This document shows positions 11,798 to 23,830 of a DNA stretch of 64,000 nucleotides, in pieces. Position 1 is the stretch's first letter. Every line of letters begins with the position of its first letter. The notes beneath the pieces are model-generated. The model saw only the letters and a list, made by a program, of their open reading frames with translations. It had not been told where the DNA came from and did no database searches. The DNA comes from Blastocladiella emersonii ATCC 22665. Taxonomy: Eukaryota > Fungi > Blastocladiomycota. A program made the position numbers and the translations under genes. The stretch is from NCBI GenBank assembly GCA_025594325.1, contig JANHCV010000005.1, positions 1,488,001-1,552,000 of the forward strand, read 5' to 3'.

Positions 11798-12773
11798 TCA
11801 CGAGCTCGCCGCGGTCTCGCCGTCCGCCAGCGCATCCACAGCAGCGGCAGCGGCAGCCGCCTCGGCCGCAGCGCGCCGGTTCTGCTTGTTGCGGAGCTTC
11901 TTGAGCCTCCGCTTCTCGGCCGCCGCAGCGGCAGCAGCTCCATCGACTTCCGTTGCTGGTGGCACCGGCGCTGGCGACGCGCTCGCGTTAGACGTTGGTG
12001 TGGCCTCGGGCGCGAGTCCCATGGCGGCGGCGATCGCAGGGTGAACGGGTCCAGCCGGAGGGGGCGGTACCGCAGCGGCGGCGGTGGCGGCGAGAAGAGC
12101 AGGGTGCACGGCGGGCGCATCCGCAGCAGAGGTCGCGGACGCGGACGCGGGCTGCTGCTTGTTCTTTTTCCGGCGCTTGCCGTTGGCGCCGCCGAGGTAG
12201 GCCGAGAGCGCGTCGGTCGATTTCGGGGCGGGTGCGGCGGCAGAGGTGGTCGCGGCGGCGGGAGCCGCGGAATCGACGACGCGCGCGGTCTTGCTCTCAG
12301 CGGGATCGTCGTGGTCCTCCTCGGCCTCGGCCGCCACCGACGACTCGGCAGCACCGGGCCGCTTCCCCTTGGCCTCGAGCACGGCCTTGCGGCGGTCGGC
12401 GGCGGCCATGTCGGCCTCGTAGTCGAACTCGCCCTTGCGCTTGCGGGCGTGGGTGCCGAGGATGCGGTCGCGCAGGCGCTTCTCCTCGGCGGAGATCAGG
12501 GTGCGGGCCTGGGCGGGGGTTGCGCCGAGGCCGAGTCTAGACGGGGGTCAGCATGGACGTGATCCTTGGCTGAGCAAGTGGGTGACCGTACCGCGAGGGC
12601 CGCGGCTGCTTGAGCGAGGACTCGAGCAGGGCCTGGAGCGACGCGGGCGCGGTGGCGGCGACCTCGGGCGGGTCGGCGGGGAACCAGTCCTCGACGTCGG
12701 CGTGGACCGCGGCCAGCGACGCCTCGAGGTCGGCCTGCAGGTCGGACACGGGTGCGGCGGGCCTCTTCATCAT
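11798..12773 (-). CDS. Conserved-looking hypothetical charged protein (RPxRLGLGA motif, DUF3245-like), 2 exons
   Basis: Splicing GTACGG..CTAG joins KQPRPSR to LGLGATPAQARTLISAEEKRLRDRIL. The tail is Lys/Arg-rich (KRRLKKLRNKQNRR). Confidence 0.6.
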
Positions 12774-13003
12774 GGCGCTTGCATGTGGTTTGGTAGCTGA
12801 GCGATCGCCGGCGTGGCCACGTCAAGGACGACGACGGCGGCCGCGGCCGAGCAGAGCGGAGTGCGCGTCTCCGTCACGTGGGCGTTGCCGGGTGGCGTGG
12901 CGCGCGTTTCGTTTCGTTCCCGGCGGGCCTCTTGGCGCGCGCGCGACGTGGCACCCAATCCTCTCTCCCGCCGAACGAACGAAGCACACGTAATACACCG
13001 AAA

Positions 13004-13841
13004 ATGTCGAACACCACCACCACCAACTACGAGCAGCTCCCGCAGTACCCCGCCGACGAGCCCACGGCCATCGCCACCACCGACGGCAAGGCCAAGCTGC
13101 CGCTCGTTACCGACGAGGAGGCCGGCGTCACCGCGGTCGCTGCCCCGCCCGCGTACGCCCCGCCCGCGCACCTGCTCCGCCACTCGTCGCCGCAGAAGGC
13201 CGAGAAGAAGCGCGCGACGTGCCTCGGGTGCATCGGGCTCAAGACGGGCGTGATTTCGCTCATCTCGTTTGCGCTGGTACGCACGCTCTCTCATTGCGTG
13301 CACTGCAAAGCTGATGGGTTGTTTCTAGGTCACGCGCGTCCTCATGGCCGCATTCACCGGCTTCCTGCTGTTCGCCGACCCGCGCACGCACCCGCTGCAC
13401 CCGCACGGGAACCACCACGGCCACGGGCACCACGGCGGTAACCACCACGGCGGTCACGGCAACCACCACGGCTCGGGCCACGGCCTGCACCACCAGCCGG
13501 GCGCCGACGTGTACGCCCCCGCGGACCCGTCCGACATGCGCCACCTGTACATCCTGGAACTCGTCCTGTTCGTGGCGACGACGCTGACGGCGGCGTTCAC
13601 GGCGGCGGGCCTGTACGCGGTCGTCGCGGGGAAGCCGGCGCTGTACCGCGCGTACGTGTGGATGCAGGGGTTCCTGACGACGCTGGCGGTCGTTGGGCGC
13701 GTCGCCGGGTGTGCGATGGCGATGGGCGGCGGGTGCGCGGCCGGCGCGGTCGTCGATGTGCTTGTGCAGATTTACTTCCTCCACGTCTACGTGCGGTACG
13801 CCAAGGTGCAGCGCGCCGAGCGCGCCGAGCTTTCGGAGTAA
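13004..13841 (+). CDS. Four-TM membrane protein (LAPTM-like topology) with His/Gly-rich loop, 2 exons
   Basis: ATG in AAAATG context, PPAY motif and CLGCIGLKTG before TM1. One GTACGC..CTAG intron. Four hydrophobic segments; the loop reads HGNHHGHGHHGGNHHGGHGNHHG. Confidence 0.7.
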
Positions 13842-13944
13842 GGTCGGAAGGGGTGGGCTAGTGTAAAGCGGCGATGAAGCGGCGCGGTGGGGGATTGTAT
13901 GTACGAAGGATGAAATAATAAGGAACACGAAAACTGGCTTGCGA

Positions 13945-16900
13945 TCAAGGATTTGGCGACCTGCTACTAGAACTCGACGCGACGGCCGCCGCAGCCGCCG
14001 CCGCGTCCTCGATGAGCGCGTTGCTTGGCGCGTGGAGCACGCCCTGCGCGTGCGCGACGACGGAGACGTCGGACCGGGACAGCGACGGGTGGACGCCGGA
14101 CATGCGGTGCTGTCGCGGCGCCCCGGACCCGGTCCCCGCAGCGCGCGCGAGCGTCTCGACGCGGCGCAGGAGCTCCTTGGGGTTATGCGCCGAGGAGTCG
14201 AGCACCTCGGGCGTGACGGACGTGCGCAAGATCTCGGCGAGCGCGCGCGGCACCGTCCACATGGTCTCCTGCCACATGAGCAGGTCGAAGATGCACGCGA
14301 CGGCCGCCATGTGGTGCTCCTCGTGGCGCGGCGGCGGCACCAGCAGGTTCGGCGCCATGATCGTCGCCAGGTTGCTGTAGTCCATGCGGCTGCCGCGCTC
14401 CGGGTCGTCGTCCGTCGGCACGCTGCACGCGGCGGCCACGTCGCGCAGGCACAGCAGCAGGACCTCGAGCACGTCGCGGTTCGGTTTCGGCAGTAGGCAG
14501 ATCCCGTAGTGCAGCACCCGCCGGCGCGTGTTCTCGTCCGTGATTTCTACAGTTGGTCGCACACGCAAGTCAGTTACGAACCCGCTCCACCGAACCACCA
14601 CAAAGGAAAACGTACGGGTACTCGACGTAAACAGCTTGTACAGGCGGAACGTCATGAGGGGCTCGGGCAGCTCGCGGAAGAACTTCTTGAGCAGCGCCGC
14701 GTTCTGCACCGGCCCGTCCTCGCGCAGCGCCTCGAGCGCCGCGACCGGGTTCGCGTCGAGCGCCTCGCGCACCGTGTTGAGCCGCTTGATGTTCCCGTTC
14801 TTGCGGAACACGCCCTCGACGTGCAGGTCGCCCGCGCGCAGGATCCCGATGCACGTGTCGATGAACGCCGGCACCTCGATCCGGCCCGGGCCCGCGCCCA
14901 GCGACGACGACACGCCCGAGCGGTGCACCAGCACGTCGAGCGACACGCCGAACGTGCCCGGGATCGGCACCGGGAACGGCGCGGCGCCCGCCGACGCGGG
15001 CGAGCCCGTCACGCCCTGGAACGCGGCCGCGGACGCGGACCCCGACGGTCCCGCGTACCCGAACGCCGACGCGGTCGCGGGCGCGTACCCGGACCCGCTG
15101 GGCGTCACGAGCACGCCGGTGCCCGTCGCCGCGCCGTGGTTGACGACGACGCCCGCGCCCGATGCCGCGACGGCGGCCGACCCACTCCCAAAATGCCCGT
15201 GTCCGTGATGATGATGATGATGCTCGTGCGCGGCCGCGGCAGCCGCCGCCGACTTCTTACTGCTGCGCCCGGCGCCCTTGACAAACGACGAGACGAACTT
15301 GCCCCACATCCCGCCGCCGGACCCACCCGCGGCGGCCGCGGCGGCCGCGGCCTTCTTGCCGTTACTCCCGCCGTCGTCGATCATGGCGACGACCTCGTCC
15401 GCGCGCATGATCCCGGCGCCGACCAGGATCGGCTCGAGGTCGCGCACCGCGAGGTGCCGGACCAGGAACGCCTCGAGGGCGCCGAGCTCCGAGAACCAGA
15501 TCTCGCCGGGCGGCGCCGCCGGGTGCTGCGGCGGGCCGGCCGTTGGCGGCGGCGGCGAGCGCATGCCCGCGGCGCGGGACAGCGAGGCGTGCGGCGGAGG
15601 CTGCGAGATGGGCGACGGCGGGGCGTGGCCGAGCGTGAGGATGGCGGGGGCGCCGACGGGGATCCCGGGGGCCCACCCGGGCAGCGCGGGCGGCGGGCCG
15701 GGCGGCGAGGTCCCCGCGGGATCGTCGGCGACCATCGGGATCGCGAGCGGCGTCGGCTGCGGGGACCCCGTGGACGTGGTCCCGGTCGACGCGTTGCGCG
15801 GGAGCGAGTCGCTGCGCGGCTTGATGAGCGACGACGCGGCCGCCGCCTGCGCGAGGGCGGCGGGATTGAGCGGGGGCTGGGCGGCGGCGGCGGCCTGGGC
15901 GGCCGCTTGCGCTGCAGCTGCGGCGGCTGCGGCGACCGCCGCCGACGTCGCGTCAACGGCGGACCCCGAAAGCACGCGCTTGCGGCGCGGGTCCTGCAGC
16001 GCGTCCGTGAGCCCCTCCTCCTCGACGTGCAGCAGCCCGAGCAGGCGCTTCAGCGCGACGCGCAGCAGGAACGTGTACTGCGACAGCGGCGTCACGTGCT
16101 CGAACGGCGCGGCGAGGGCGGCGACGGCGCGCCGGGACACGGTCGCGGTCCACGAGGCGGGGGCGGCGAACTCGTCGGCGTCGTCCGGGATCGCGGAAGG
16201 CTCGGGCAGCGTGATCCCGGCGGCGGCAATGCACTCGGTGCACATGATGCGGCCGGGGACGGGCGGCGCCGACGACGACGCGGGTGGTGGCGCGGCGACC
16301 TCGGCCGACTCGGTGGCCGCCGCGGCCGCGACGACGGCGGCGGTCTCCTCGCTAGTCGCGGGGACGAACGCGGCGCCCGCGAGGTCGGTCGCGAGCGGCT
16401 TGGCGCAGGTCGTACAGCGGAAGCACGGCACGTGCCAGCGCAGCGGGCCGCGGGCGATGCACGCCTCCTCGATAGTCGCGCGGCAGTGGAAGCACAGGTC
16501 CGACTTGACGTCCGTGTCGAGGACCATGCGCAAGCGGCGGTCCTGGTCGTCGCTGAGCAGGTCCATGAGGGTGTCGAGGAAGTCGGCGACGGCGCCGTTT
16601 GCGGCGTGCACGCGCTCGAGCCGCAGCGCGCCGACGAGCGCCTGGCGGATCAGCACCTTGAGCAGGTGCGCGAGCGACGTCACGAGCGACAGGAGTTCCT
16701 GGGTGATGCCGAGCCGCTGGCGCGCGCCGGTCCCGTCGGCGGTCGCCGCGAGGTTGCCCGCGTGCGACAGCAGCGAGAAGAAGCCGACAATCTTCTTGCA
16801 CAGCAGCTTGGGCTCGCGGTGCGGGATCACGCCGACGCGGTCGCCGGGCGCGGCGCGCGCGAGCCGGTCGTCGACCATGTCGATGCCCTGGAACAGCACC

Positions 16901-17931
16901 TCGACGTGCAGGATAAAGGACGCGGCCTCGTGGATGCCCTCGACGTAGTTGCCGTTGGACACGTGCAGCAGCATGTCCGAGATGCACGCGGCCGCGCTCT
17001 CCTCGAACACGGAGAGCACCGACCAGATGCGCGTCGCCTGCTCCTCCATGGCCTGCTGCTCGAGGCGCAGCTCGGCCGAGGATTTGGTTGGCGGCGCGCG
17101 GCGGCTGCGGTTGTGGCGGACGAGCGGGGCGTCGTCGTCGTCATCGTCATCGACGTCGTCCGCCCCAGAATCGCCGTCGCGCTCGTCGCTGGTGCCGTTG
17201 CCCTCGTCGATGTCGGACGACGACGGCGGCTGGGACGCGGGGAGGGCGGCGGGCGGCGCGGGTGCGGCGAGGGTGACGTTCCACGACTTGTGGATCATGT
17301 AGCACTCGGGGTGCCACTGCTCCTCGACGCCGTTGCGGGCAATCTCGACAAACTGCTTGAGGATGGCGACGCGGCACCCGGTGCAGACGGCGGCGTACTG
17401 GGTCGAGAAGTGGAAGTGGCAGTAGACGGCGCCGTCGTGCTCAAAGTACGACTCGCTGGGCCCGAACACGGTCGGGCACTGCGAGCAGGTGAAGTGCTCG
17501 ACGTGGTATTTGCGGCCGAGCGCGTGGATGTACGACCCGCGCAGGGCGCCGCCGCACTTGGCGCACAGCAGGTCGAGGCGCGCAAAGTAGTCGCGCTCGC
17601 ACAGCGGGTGCGGGGTGCCGTCCGCGTCCGTGATCGGGAAGAACTTGGCGGCCACGATCTGGTCGCAGTCCATGCACTTGAAGCACCCGAGGTGGTACGT
17701 CCCGCCCAGCGCGCGCACGAACTGGCCCGTCATGACCTGCCCGCACGCCGTGCACAGCTTGGGCGGGCGCGCCGGTTTGGGCGTCGCCGTGGCGCTGCCG
17801 CCGGGCGACGTCGACCGCGACACGGTGCCCGCGGGAGGCGCGAGGTCGGGCGCGTCGCTGATCCCGTTACTGGTAGTGTTGTTGGTAGCCATGGTCGTGG
17901 TGGTGGTGGTGGTGGTGTGTTGTCGATGCAT
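13945..17931 (-). CDS. LRG1: LIM-domain Rho GTPase-activating protein (Lrg1/Rga1 type)
   Basis: Tandem LIM zinc fingers (CTACGQ..HLGCFKCMDC; CAKCGG..HVEHFTCSQC; CFHCRA..HVPCFRCTTC). RhoGAP domain with GVFRKNGNIKRL, AALLKKFFRELPEPL and MDYSNLATIMAPNLL. One in-frame intron near 14552-14625. Confidence 0.9.
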   Translation of the reverse strand: MHRQHTTTTTTTTMATNNTTSNGISDAPDLAPPAGTVSRSTSPGGSATATPKPARPPKLCTACGQVMTGQFVRALGGTYHLGCFKCMDCDQIVAAKFFPITDADGTPHPLCERDYFARLDLLCAKCGGALRGSYIHALGRKYHVEHFTCSQCPTVFGPSESYFEHDGAVYCHFHFSTQYAAVCTGCRVAILKQFVEIARNGVEEQWHPECYMIHKSWNVTLAAPAPPAALPASQPPSSSDIDEGNGTSDERDGDSGADDVDDDDDDDAPLVRHNRSRRAPPTKSSAELRLEQQAMEEQATRIWSVLSVFEESAAACISDMLLHVSNGNYVEGIHEAASFILHVEVLFQGIDMVDDRLARAAPGDRVGVIPHREPKLLCKKIVGFFSLLSHAGNLAATADGTGARQRLGITQELLSLVTSLAHLLKVLIRQALVGALRLERVHAANGAVADFLDTLMDLLSDDQDRRLRMVLDTDVKSDLCFHCRATIEEACIARGPLRWHVPCFRCTTCAKPLATDLAGAAFVPATSEETAAVVAAAAATESAEVAAPPPASSSAPPVPGRIMCTECIAAAGITLPEPSAIPDDADEFAAPASWTATVSRRAVAALAAPFEHVTPLSQYTFLLRVALKRLLGLLHVEEEGLTDALQDPRRKRVLSGSAVDATSAAVAAAAAAAAQAAAQAAAAAQPPLNPAALAQAAAASSLIKPRSDSLPRNASTGTTSTGSPQPTPLAIPMVADDPAGTSPPGPPPALPGWAPGIPVGAPAILTLGHAPPSPISQPPPHASLSRAAGMRSPPPPTAGPPQHPAAPPGEIWFSELGALEAFLVRHLAVRDLEPILVGAGIMRADEVVAMIDDGGSNGKKAAAAAAAAGGSGGGMWGKFVSSFVKGAGRSSKKSAAAAAAAHEHHHHHHGHGHFGSGSAAVAASGAGVVVNHGAATGTGVLVTPSGSGYAPATASAFGYAGPSGSASAAAFQGVTGSPASAGAAPFPVPIPGTFGVSLDVLVHRSGVSSSLGAGPGRIEVPAFIDTCIGILRAGDLHVEGVFRKNGNIKRLNTVREALDANPVAALEALREDGPVQNAALLKKFFRELPEPLMTFRLYKLFTSSTRTFSFVVVRWSGFVTDLRVRPTVEITDENTRRRVLHYGICLLPKPNRDVLEVLLLCLRDVAAACSVPTDDDPERGSRMDYSNLATIMAPNLLVPPPRHEEHHMAAVACIFDLLMWQETMWTVPRALAEILRTSVTPEVLDSSAHNPKELLRRVETLARAAGTGSGAPRQHRMSGVHPSLSRSDVSVVAHAQGVLHAPSNALIEDAAAAAAAVASSSSSRSPNP

Positions 17932-18585
17932 GAACGAGTCGGTGGGGGAGAGATGAGGGCGGCGCGAGGCGGCGGGAAAGACCGCGTCGGCGTCGTCGGT
18001 CGGTGTGCCGCGCCGAAGCGATGAGTCGCGCTCAGCGGTGGGCGGGGCGTGCGTTGCAGGGAGTGCGCGCGGGCAGAGCGGGTCGGGGCGGGGCGGCGGT
18101 GGTGGTGGGCAGGACCGCTGCGGCGGGCGGCGGTCGCGGTGGCGTAGTCGATATTTTGCAAAAATCGGTTCCGGCCGGTTTCGCTCGTCGTGTGGCGCCG
18201 CAAAAATCATGCTGGGTCGCATCGCGTGACCGCGCCTGCCCGCTAATGCTAATACTCGCTCGTATGTTTGAATATTACGCGACAAAGAGAAATGTGTGCT
18301 CTGACATGGAAGAATGTATGAGCTTCATCTCGAGATATTCTGACCTTGGGATCACGACAGTCATCACCCGTACCTCGGCCAGCACCCCGATATGACTCTC
18401 CATGCGTGTCCTTTAACTAGTCCTCACTCGGGAGTCAAGTTAAGCGTCGTGCATTGCGGTCGGGGTCGCGAACAGCAGCGGTGGTAGCGCAGGCAGCGAG
18501 CGTCCCTGACTTGGGCGCAGCGGCCGTGTCGTGTTGATCATCCCGCTGCCCGCTCGCCGCAGCAACTGCAACGCCCATCACCACC

Positions 18586-21215
18586 ATGAATCTACTACGG
18601 CGACTGGGCGCAGTGCGCGCGTCGGCTCTCGTGCCACGCCGTGCGCCATCGGCGCTGGTGCTGCGCCGCCGCGGCTTCGCGACGCCCGTCGACGCGACGG
18701 CCGCAGCGACCACCCCTGCCCCCGAGGTCGCCACGTCCGTGCAGTACTGGAACGACCTGTACCCGGTGAAGCTCGGCCGCTTCGACATCAGCTCGCACTT
18801 TGTGACCACGAGCTCGGCCAAACTCACCGACCGCGTCGCGCGCCGCCTGCCGCGTGCCCTGCGCGACGCGGGCGTGCGTGTTGTGAGCGCCGAGGCCCGC
18901 GTCAAGGACGGCGGCGGCTTCGTGACCCTCGAGTACCCGACCGCTGCGTTCGACGAGTCGACGCTGCTGCGCGAGATCAACGCCAAGCTCGCCGACCAGG
19001 GGTTCATGAACAAGCCCAGCGTCTTTCACCGGTTCGGCAGCGCCGCCGCGTACCCGGTCCGCGGGATCGTGTTCAACGAGGATATCGCCTCGCTCACGCC
19101 CTCGACGCGGCTCAAGGTCGAGGCTTCAGGTGACCTCTCGCTGGTACTATTGCTCGCTGCGTTCAGACCCGAATCCCCGCTAACCACGCACCCCGAGAGT
19201 AGGAAACCGTCTACGCGACGTACCGCCCGTACGGCGAGATCAGCGACATCAAGCTGCTCACCCCAAAATCGGCCCAGATCCAGTTCAAGCACCTGCGTTC
19301 CGCCGCGGGCGCGCGCAACTGCACCTACCGCCTCGCCGTCGCCGACAACGGCACCCCGATCGTCGTCAAGAGCTCGTACGAGAAGCTGCTCAAGACCCAC
19401 AAGATCCTCGACTGGATGTCGGCCCACCCACGCATCGTGCTGCCGGCCCTCGTCGCTGTCCTCGTCGCCGTCAGCGTCGCCATCTTCGACCCGATCCACG
19501 TGTACATGATCGAGTCCAAGGTCCTCGGCCGCTTCCTCATCACCGGCTGGCTCCCCGACTGGCTCATCGTCTACCTCCCGCGCGGCGTCATGTCCGTCTT
19601 CGACAAGTCGTGGTCCACGCTGCGCACCGCCGTCGGCAACGTCGCGTTCGGCGCCGCGTCGGCGCCCGTCAAGGCCGTGCCGCTGCACGACGACGACGAG
19701 GATGAGGAGGGCGACGTGAGCAAGACCAACGCAAACGGCGTTGACCTCGAAATGTACCCGCTAGGCGTCGAGCTCGACGACTTCAACGGCGGCGACGCCG
19801 AGGTCCCGCGTCTGCGGTCGTCCATGTTCGAGCGGCCCGACTCGCTCGTCGTGATCGCGGGGCCCGCGGGCGTCGGCAAGTCCGAGTTTGCCAACACGGT
19901 GACCACGTTCCCGGACCACGCGCACCTGAACGGGACCACGGGCACCGCGCCGCGGCTCGTCATCGACTGCGACGCCTTCGTCCACCGCACCCACACGGAC
20001 GCGGACGTGATCCGCATCCTCGCGCGCCAGCTTGGGTACTGGCCCGTGTTCCACTCGCTCAACAAGCTGTGGTCGTACCTCGACATGGCCGTCGCCGCGA
20101 CCACGGGCGCCAAGGCCGGGATTTCCGTGACCGACGAGACCATGGTCAAGCACATGCTCGAGTGCGCCAGCCAGGCGCTCGCCAAGGTCGCCAAGGACCG
20201 CGACCCGGCGTCGCCCTACCCGATCGTCGTCCTCGACAACTTCCTCAAGGACAAGCCCGGCCGCTCTTTCGCCGCGTACTACGACCTGCTCGCGCAGTGG
20301 GCCGGGTTCCTCGTCGAGGCCGGCGTCGCGCACGTCGTCGTCGTCGCGAGCTCCGGCCAGCGCGGCGGAGGCGAGGTCGGCGTCCTCCAGGCCCTCGGCC
20401 GCGCACTCCCCACCAAGACCGTCGAGGTCGTCACGCTCACCGACATGGCCCCCGCCCAGGCCCACCGGTACCTCCGCCTCCGCATCGCCGCCGAGAAGGG
20501 CACGGCTGTCGCGGGGACCAAGATCTCGCGCGACGACTCGGCGCGCATCGTCGCCGCGGTCGGCGGTCGCGCCAGCGACCTCGAGCTCGTCGTGCACAAG
20601 CTCGTGGACGGCCGCCCCGTCGACGCGGCGCTCGACGAGATGGTCCAGAAGGCGCTCCTCGAGCTCCAGAAGCACGGCATGCACGCCGCCGGGTGGACCC
20701 CCGCGCAGTTCTGGTATGTGGTTCGCCAGCTCGAGGCCGCGGGCGCCGTGAGCACGCCCTCCGCTTCCGCGGCGGCTGCGCCGACGCCCGCCGTCTCGTT
20801 CGACAAGGTCCGCTTCTCGACTTTGTTCGCGGGCAACGCCGCGCCGCTGCACGACATGGAGCGCGCCGAGCTCGTGGCGCTGCAGTACGCCAACGGGCGC
20901 GCCGTCAGCGTGCGCGTCAACAAGCCCCTGTACGCGACGGCCATGCACCGGCTGCTCGCCGACGCCAAGTTCGCCGCCGCCATGGACGTGGTCATGTACA
21001 AGGACCTGTGCAAGGTCGAGAACGCGAAAATTCGGACTCTCGAGGACGAGTACGCGCGGCTCGCCGAGGCGACGGGTCGCATGGCCGCCGCGCGTCGTAG
21101 CCCGGACAAGGCGATCGATGAGCGCCTGACGTACCTCGCGGGCCAGATCGCCGCGTCGCAGAAGAAGGTCGGCGACTGGTACGGCAAGCTCGTCGCGGCT
21201 AAGTCGGCGCTGTAA
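18586..21215 (+). CDS. YME2: Mitochondrial escape protein 2 (RRM + RNA12 P-loop domain), 2 exons
   Basis: Mitochondrial presequence. EDI...PSTRLKVE..GDLSL|ETVYATYRPYGEISDI spans intron 19144-19202. Also WMSAHPRIVLP, GPAGVGKSE, PIVVLDNF, VGGRASDLE and KPLY. Confidence 0.92.
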
Positions 21216-22372
21216 GAAGGTTTGTGAGGAGAGTGTTGTTGTTCTATTCCCGCATCACCAAAAGTAGATCAGTTTTTCGTCATTGTGAAGCGGGTCGAAC
21301 TAGCGGTGGTCGAAGCAGGCAGAGGTCGAAGTGAGCAACGCGTCGCGTCGCAGGTCGCGCCGCCCGTTTCAGGAGTCACCTGCACCTAGTCGCCGACTCA
21401 CCTCCCTCTCTCGCCAACGCGACCACGAAAACGAATGAACACACCATGAATCGCGGGCTTCACTTACCGCAAATCGTCGACCGAGTGCTCTACTACGCCG
21501 TGCGCGCGCACCCCAACGACTGGGACTTGAACGGGTTTGCGCAGTACGCGCGCGTCATGCGGCGCGCCGACATCCCTAGCGTCATCCGCGCCATATTTTC
21601 AGTGTTGCGCGCGGCTCGAAATGGTCGAAGCGGGCATGGAGGGCAATGTCGCTGCGCTTGAGCTGCGGCGTGAGCTGGGCCTGCCGTTGGACGAAGACCC
21701 GATGGCCGTGCTCGGAGAGTCGAGCATCAAGTTTCGGTGGCAAGTGCTGGACTGGTGGCGCGATTTAGGGCTTCCACTTCCGCGGATCGATGAGAGCACG
21801 TATGACGAGATGCTCCCGGCGCTTGCGGGCGTCTTTGGGTCCCGCGCGATCGCGGAGATGACCGATTCTGCCACGGCGCAGCGTGACAGGTGTGGCGCGT
21901 CGCGTTCACGCGCGGCGTGGCGCGACTTGCCGATCCAGGATTCCCCGCTCCCCGTTCACTGTTGTCCCCATTTCAGCGTGGAGTGCGGTGCAGCCGGCTT
22001 TCGCTCTCCACGGAACAAGATCATTTATCACGCGATTAATTGCGCCTCGTGTTCATCAACCCGCCCCTGGTCCCTCGTCGTTACAGATTCTGAGCCGGTA
22101 CGTGGTGGGCGACGACGTTGAATGCGTTTGCCGTTGTATGGATTTTAACCCTCAAACTACGTGTAGAGACATCCTGCAGCTGCCGCGATGGAGCCGGGCG
22201 ACGAGAATGTGCTTCAACAGTATCCCGACATTATTGAAGGCGAATGCGACAGCCTGCACATCTACGGCGGCTGTCTGACTGCGTTCGGGATCAAGGTTGC
22301 TCATCGGACGAGCCCGAAGGGCGAGTTTGAATGAGACGCTATCCGAGCTGGAGCTCGGGAACCGCGGTGTAA

Positions 22373-22595
22373 GTGTGCCTATATTCTCTTGAGAAGGATA
22401 GCTCTGACGCAATTTCACATGACCAGGGGAGCGCTGGCCCGCGACCCGCGTGAGCGGAAACGGGTCACGAGACCGTGGAAGGAAAAGGAAAACGAAAATC
22501 GCCGAAGGCGCGCGATTGGTGCGCCGCCGGCGGGGGGCCCCCGCCACCCGGCCCATATATAAGGCCGGACGCGGGCTCCTTCTGCTCCCCACTCT
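22373..22595 (+). repeat. DIRS 3' inverted terminal repeat (223 bp), with inward-facing TATATAA at 22556-22562
   Basis: Reverse complement of 27337-27559 with 4 mismatches. Confidence 0.95.
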
Positions 22596-22678
22596 GCTGT
22601 TCAGGTTCCGCACGCTGCAGGCGCCGCTGGACGCGATGCGCCACTCACGTGACGGTGTGCTGGGTGTGGTTGGGCGGG

Positions 22679-22808
22679 TAGGCACACTTACACCGCGGTT
22701 CCCGAGCTCCAGCTCGGATAGCGTCTCATTCAAACTCGCCCTTCGGGCTCGTCCGATGAGCACTACCCAGTCGCTCATCGCTCGGTCACCGCGGTGACCG
22801 TGTGCCTA
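22679..22808. repeat. DIRS internal complementary region (ICR)
   Basis: 22679-22761 is the exact reverse complement of 22299-22381. 22762-22808 is the reverse complement of 27551-27597 with 2 mismatches. Together they spell the circular junction GGGTAGT|GCTCATC. Confidence 0.95.
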
Positions 22809-23830
22809 GTTAGCATGGTTGCGCGTCGCGTCGGCCACCGGCGCAATGAGTTGAACCAGGCGCCGGTAGTGACGCTTGAACGTGCGCGTCGACGCCCACG
22901 TTCCTTGAGCAACTTGCTCGTCGGTGGCGCCCAATTCTGAGAGCCACGACGCCGCCGCTGCCTTGAGCGAGTACGGGACGAAACCCTCGAGTCCCGCCTG
23001 CTTCATGAAGTCGCGGATCCACGACGAGATCGTGTCCGCCACCACTGGCTTGATGGGTCCGCTTGATGAGACGAACATGCGCGCCGGGTCCTTGCGGCGG
23101 GCCGCCGACCTGGCGATGTACGCCTCCCACTGCACGCCGATGTCGAGCTCCGCGACGCGCGTGTCGCGGTCGATCTCGACCATCACCAGCGTTCGCTGCG
23201 CCTCCTTGGGACCGAGGATGGCGAGCTTCACCTTGGATTGCGTGACGCGGCAGTGCGTGAGCAGGATGCGCGCGAGGCAGCTGAACCGCCGCCGAGTGCC
23301 TCGGATGATGAGGAAAGCGAGCCGCGCGCCGAGCATGCGCAGCGGGACGTCCTCGGCCGAGCCAAGCCGCACCGCGTACGCGTCGAGGATGCGGATGTCG
23401 AACACGGGGATCTCGTTCGTCGGGATCGTCGGGCCCTGCATCGCCTCAAGTCCCTCGAGCACGTTGGAGACGACCACGCTCCTGGACGCGTGTGTCATCG
23501 TGCCCCGATCGGGTAAGTCACCCCACGTGTCCGCCATGGCCGTGCGGTCGTTTGCGACCGTGCCGGCCCTGACCCGGACCTCCTCGAACCGGTGGATCAG
23601 AAACCGGCAAAGGGCGTCAACAGATCGATGAAGGGGATCGGATCGTTGCCCACGGCACCACAGAAGCCACTGCCGCCAGGACGAGTCGTACGCGTCCTTG
23701 GTGGACTTGGCCAGCCGTTCGTTCGCCACGCGCGCAGTCTTTGGAGAAAGACCGCGCGCCGCGTAGAATTGCTGGAGAGCCTCCAAGCGACTAATTTGGT
23801 AGTCGAAGTGGACGGCGCCGTTCCCTCCGG
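22806..23830 (-). CDS. DIRS tyrosine recombinase (C-terminal part of ORF 22806-26048)
   Basis: SAM-like N-domain STKDAYDSSWRQWLLWC, then GTRRRFSCL, PYSLKAAAAS and QGTWASTRTFKRHY. It overlaps the RT ORF in another frame. The true start is unknown. Confidence 0.9.

Noticed and set aside
14509-18024. 1171-aa plus-strand ORF (similar cases: 44524-46755, 58604-60655, 50461-52014)
   Set aside because: Antisense shadows of GC3-rich real genes. They are Arg/Gly/Ala-rich with no motifs, as expected at this GC content.
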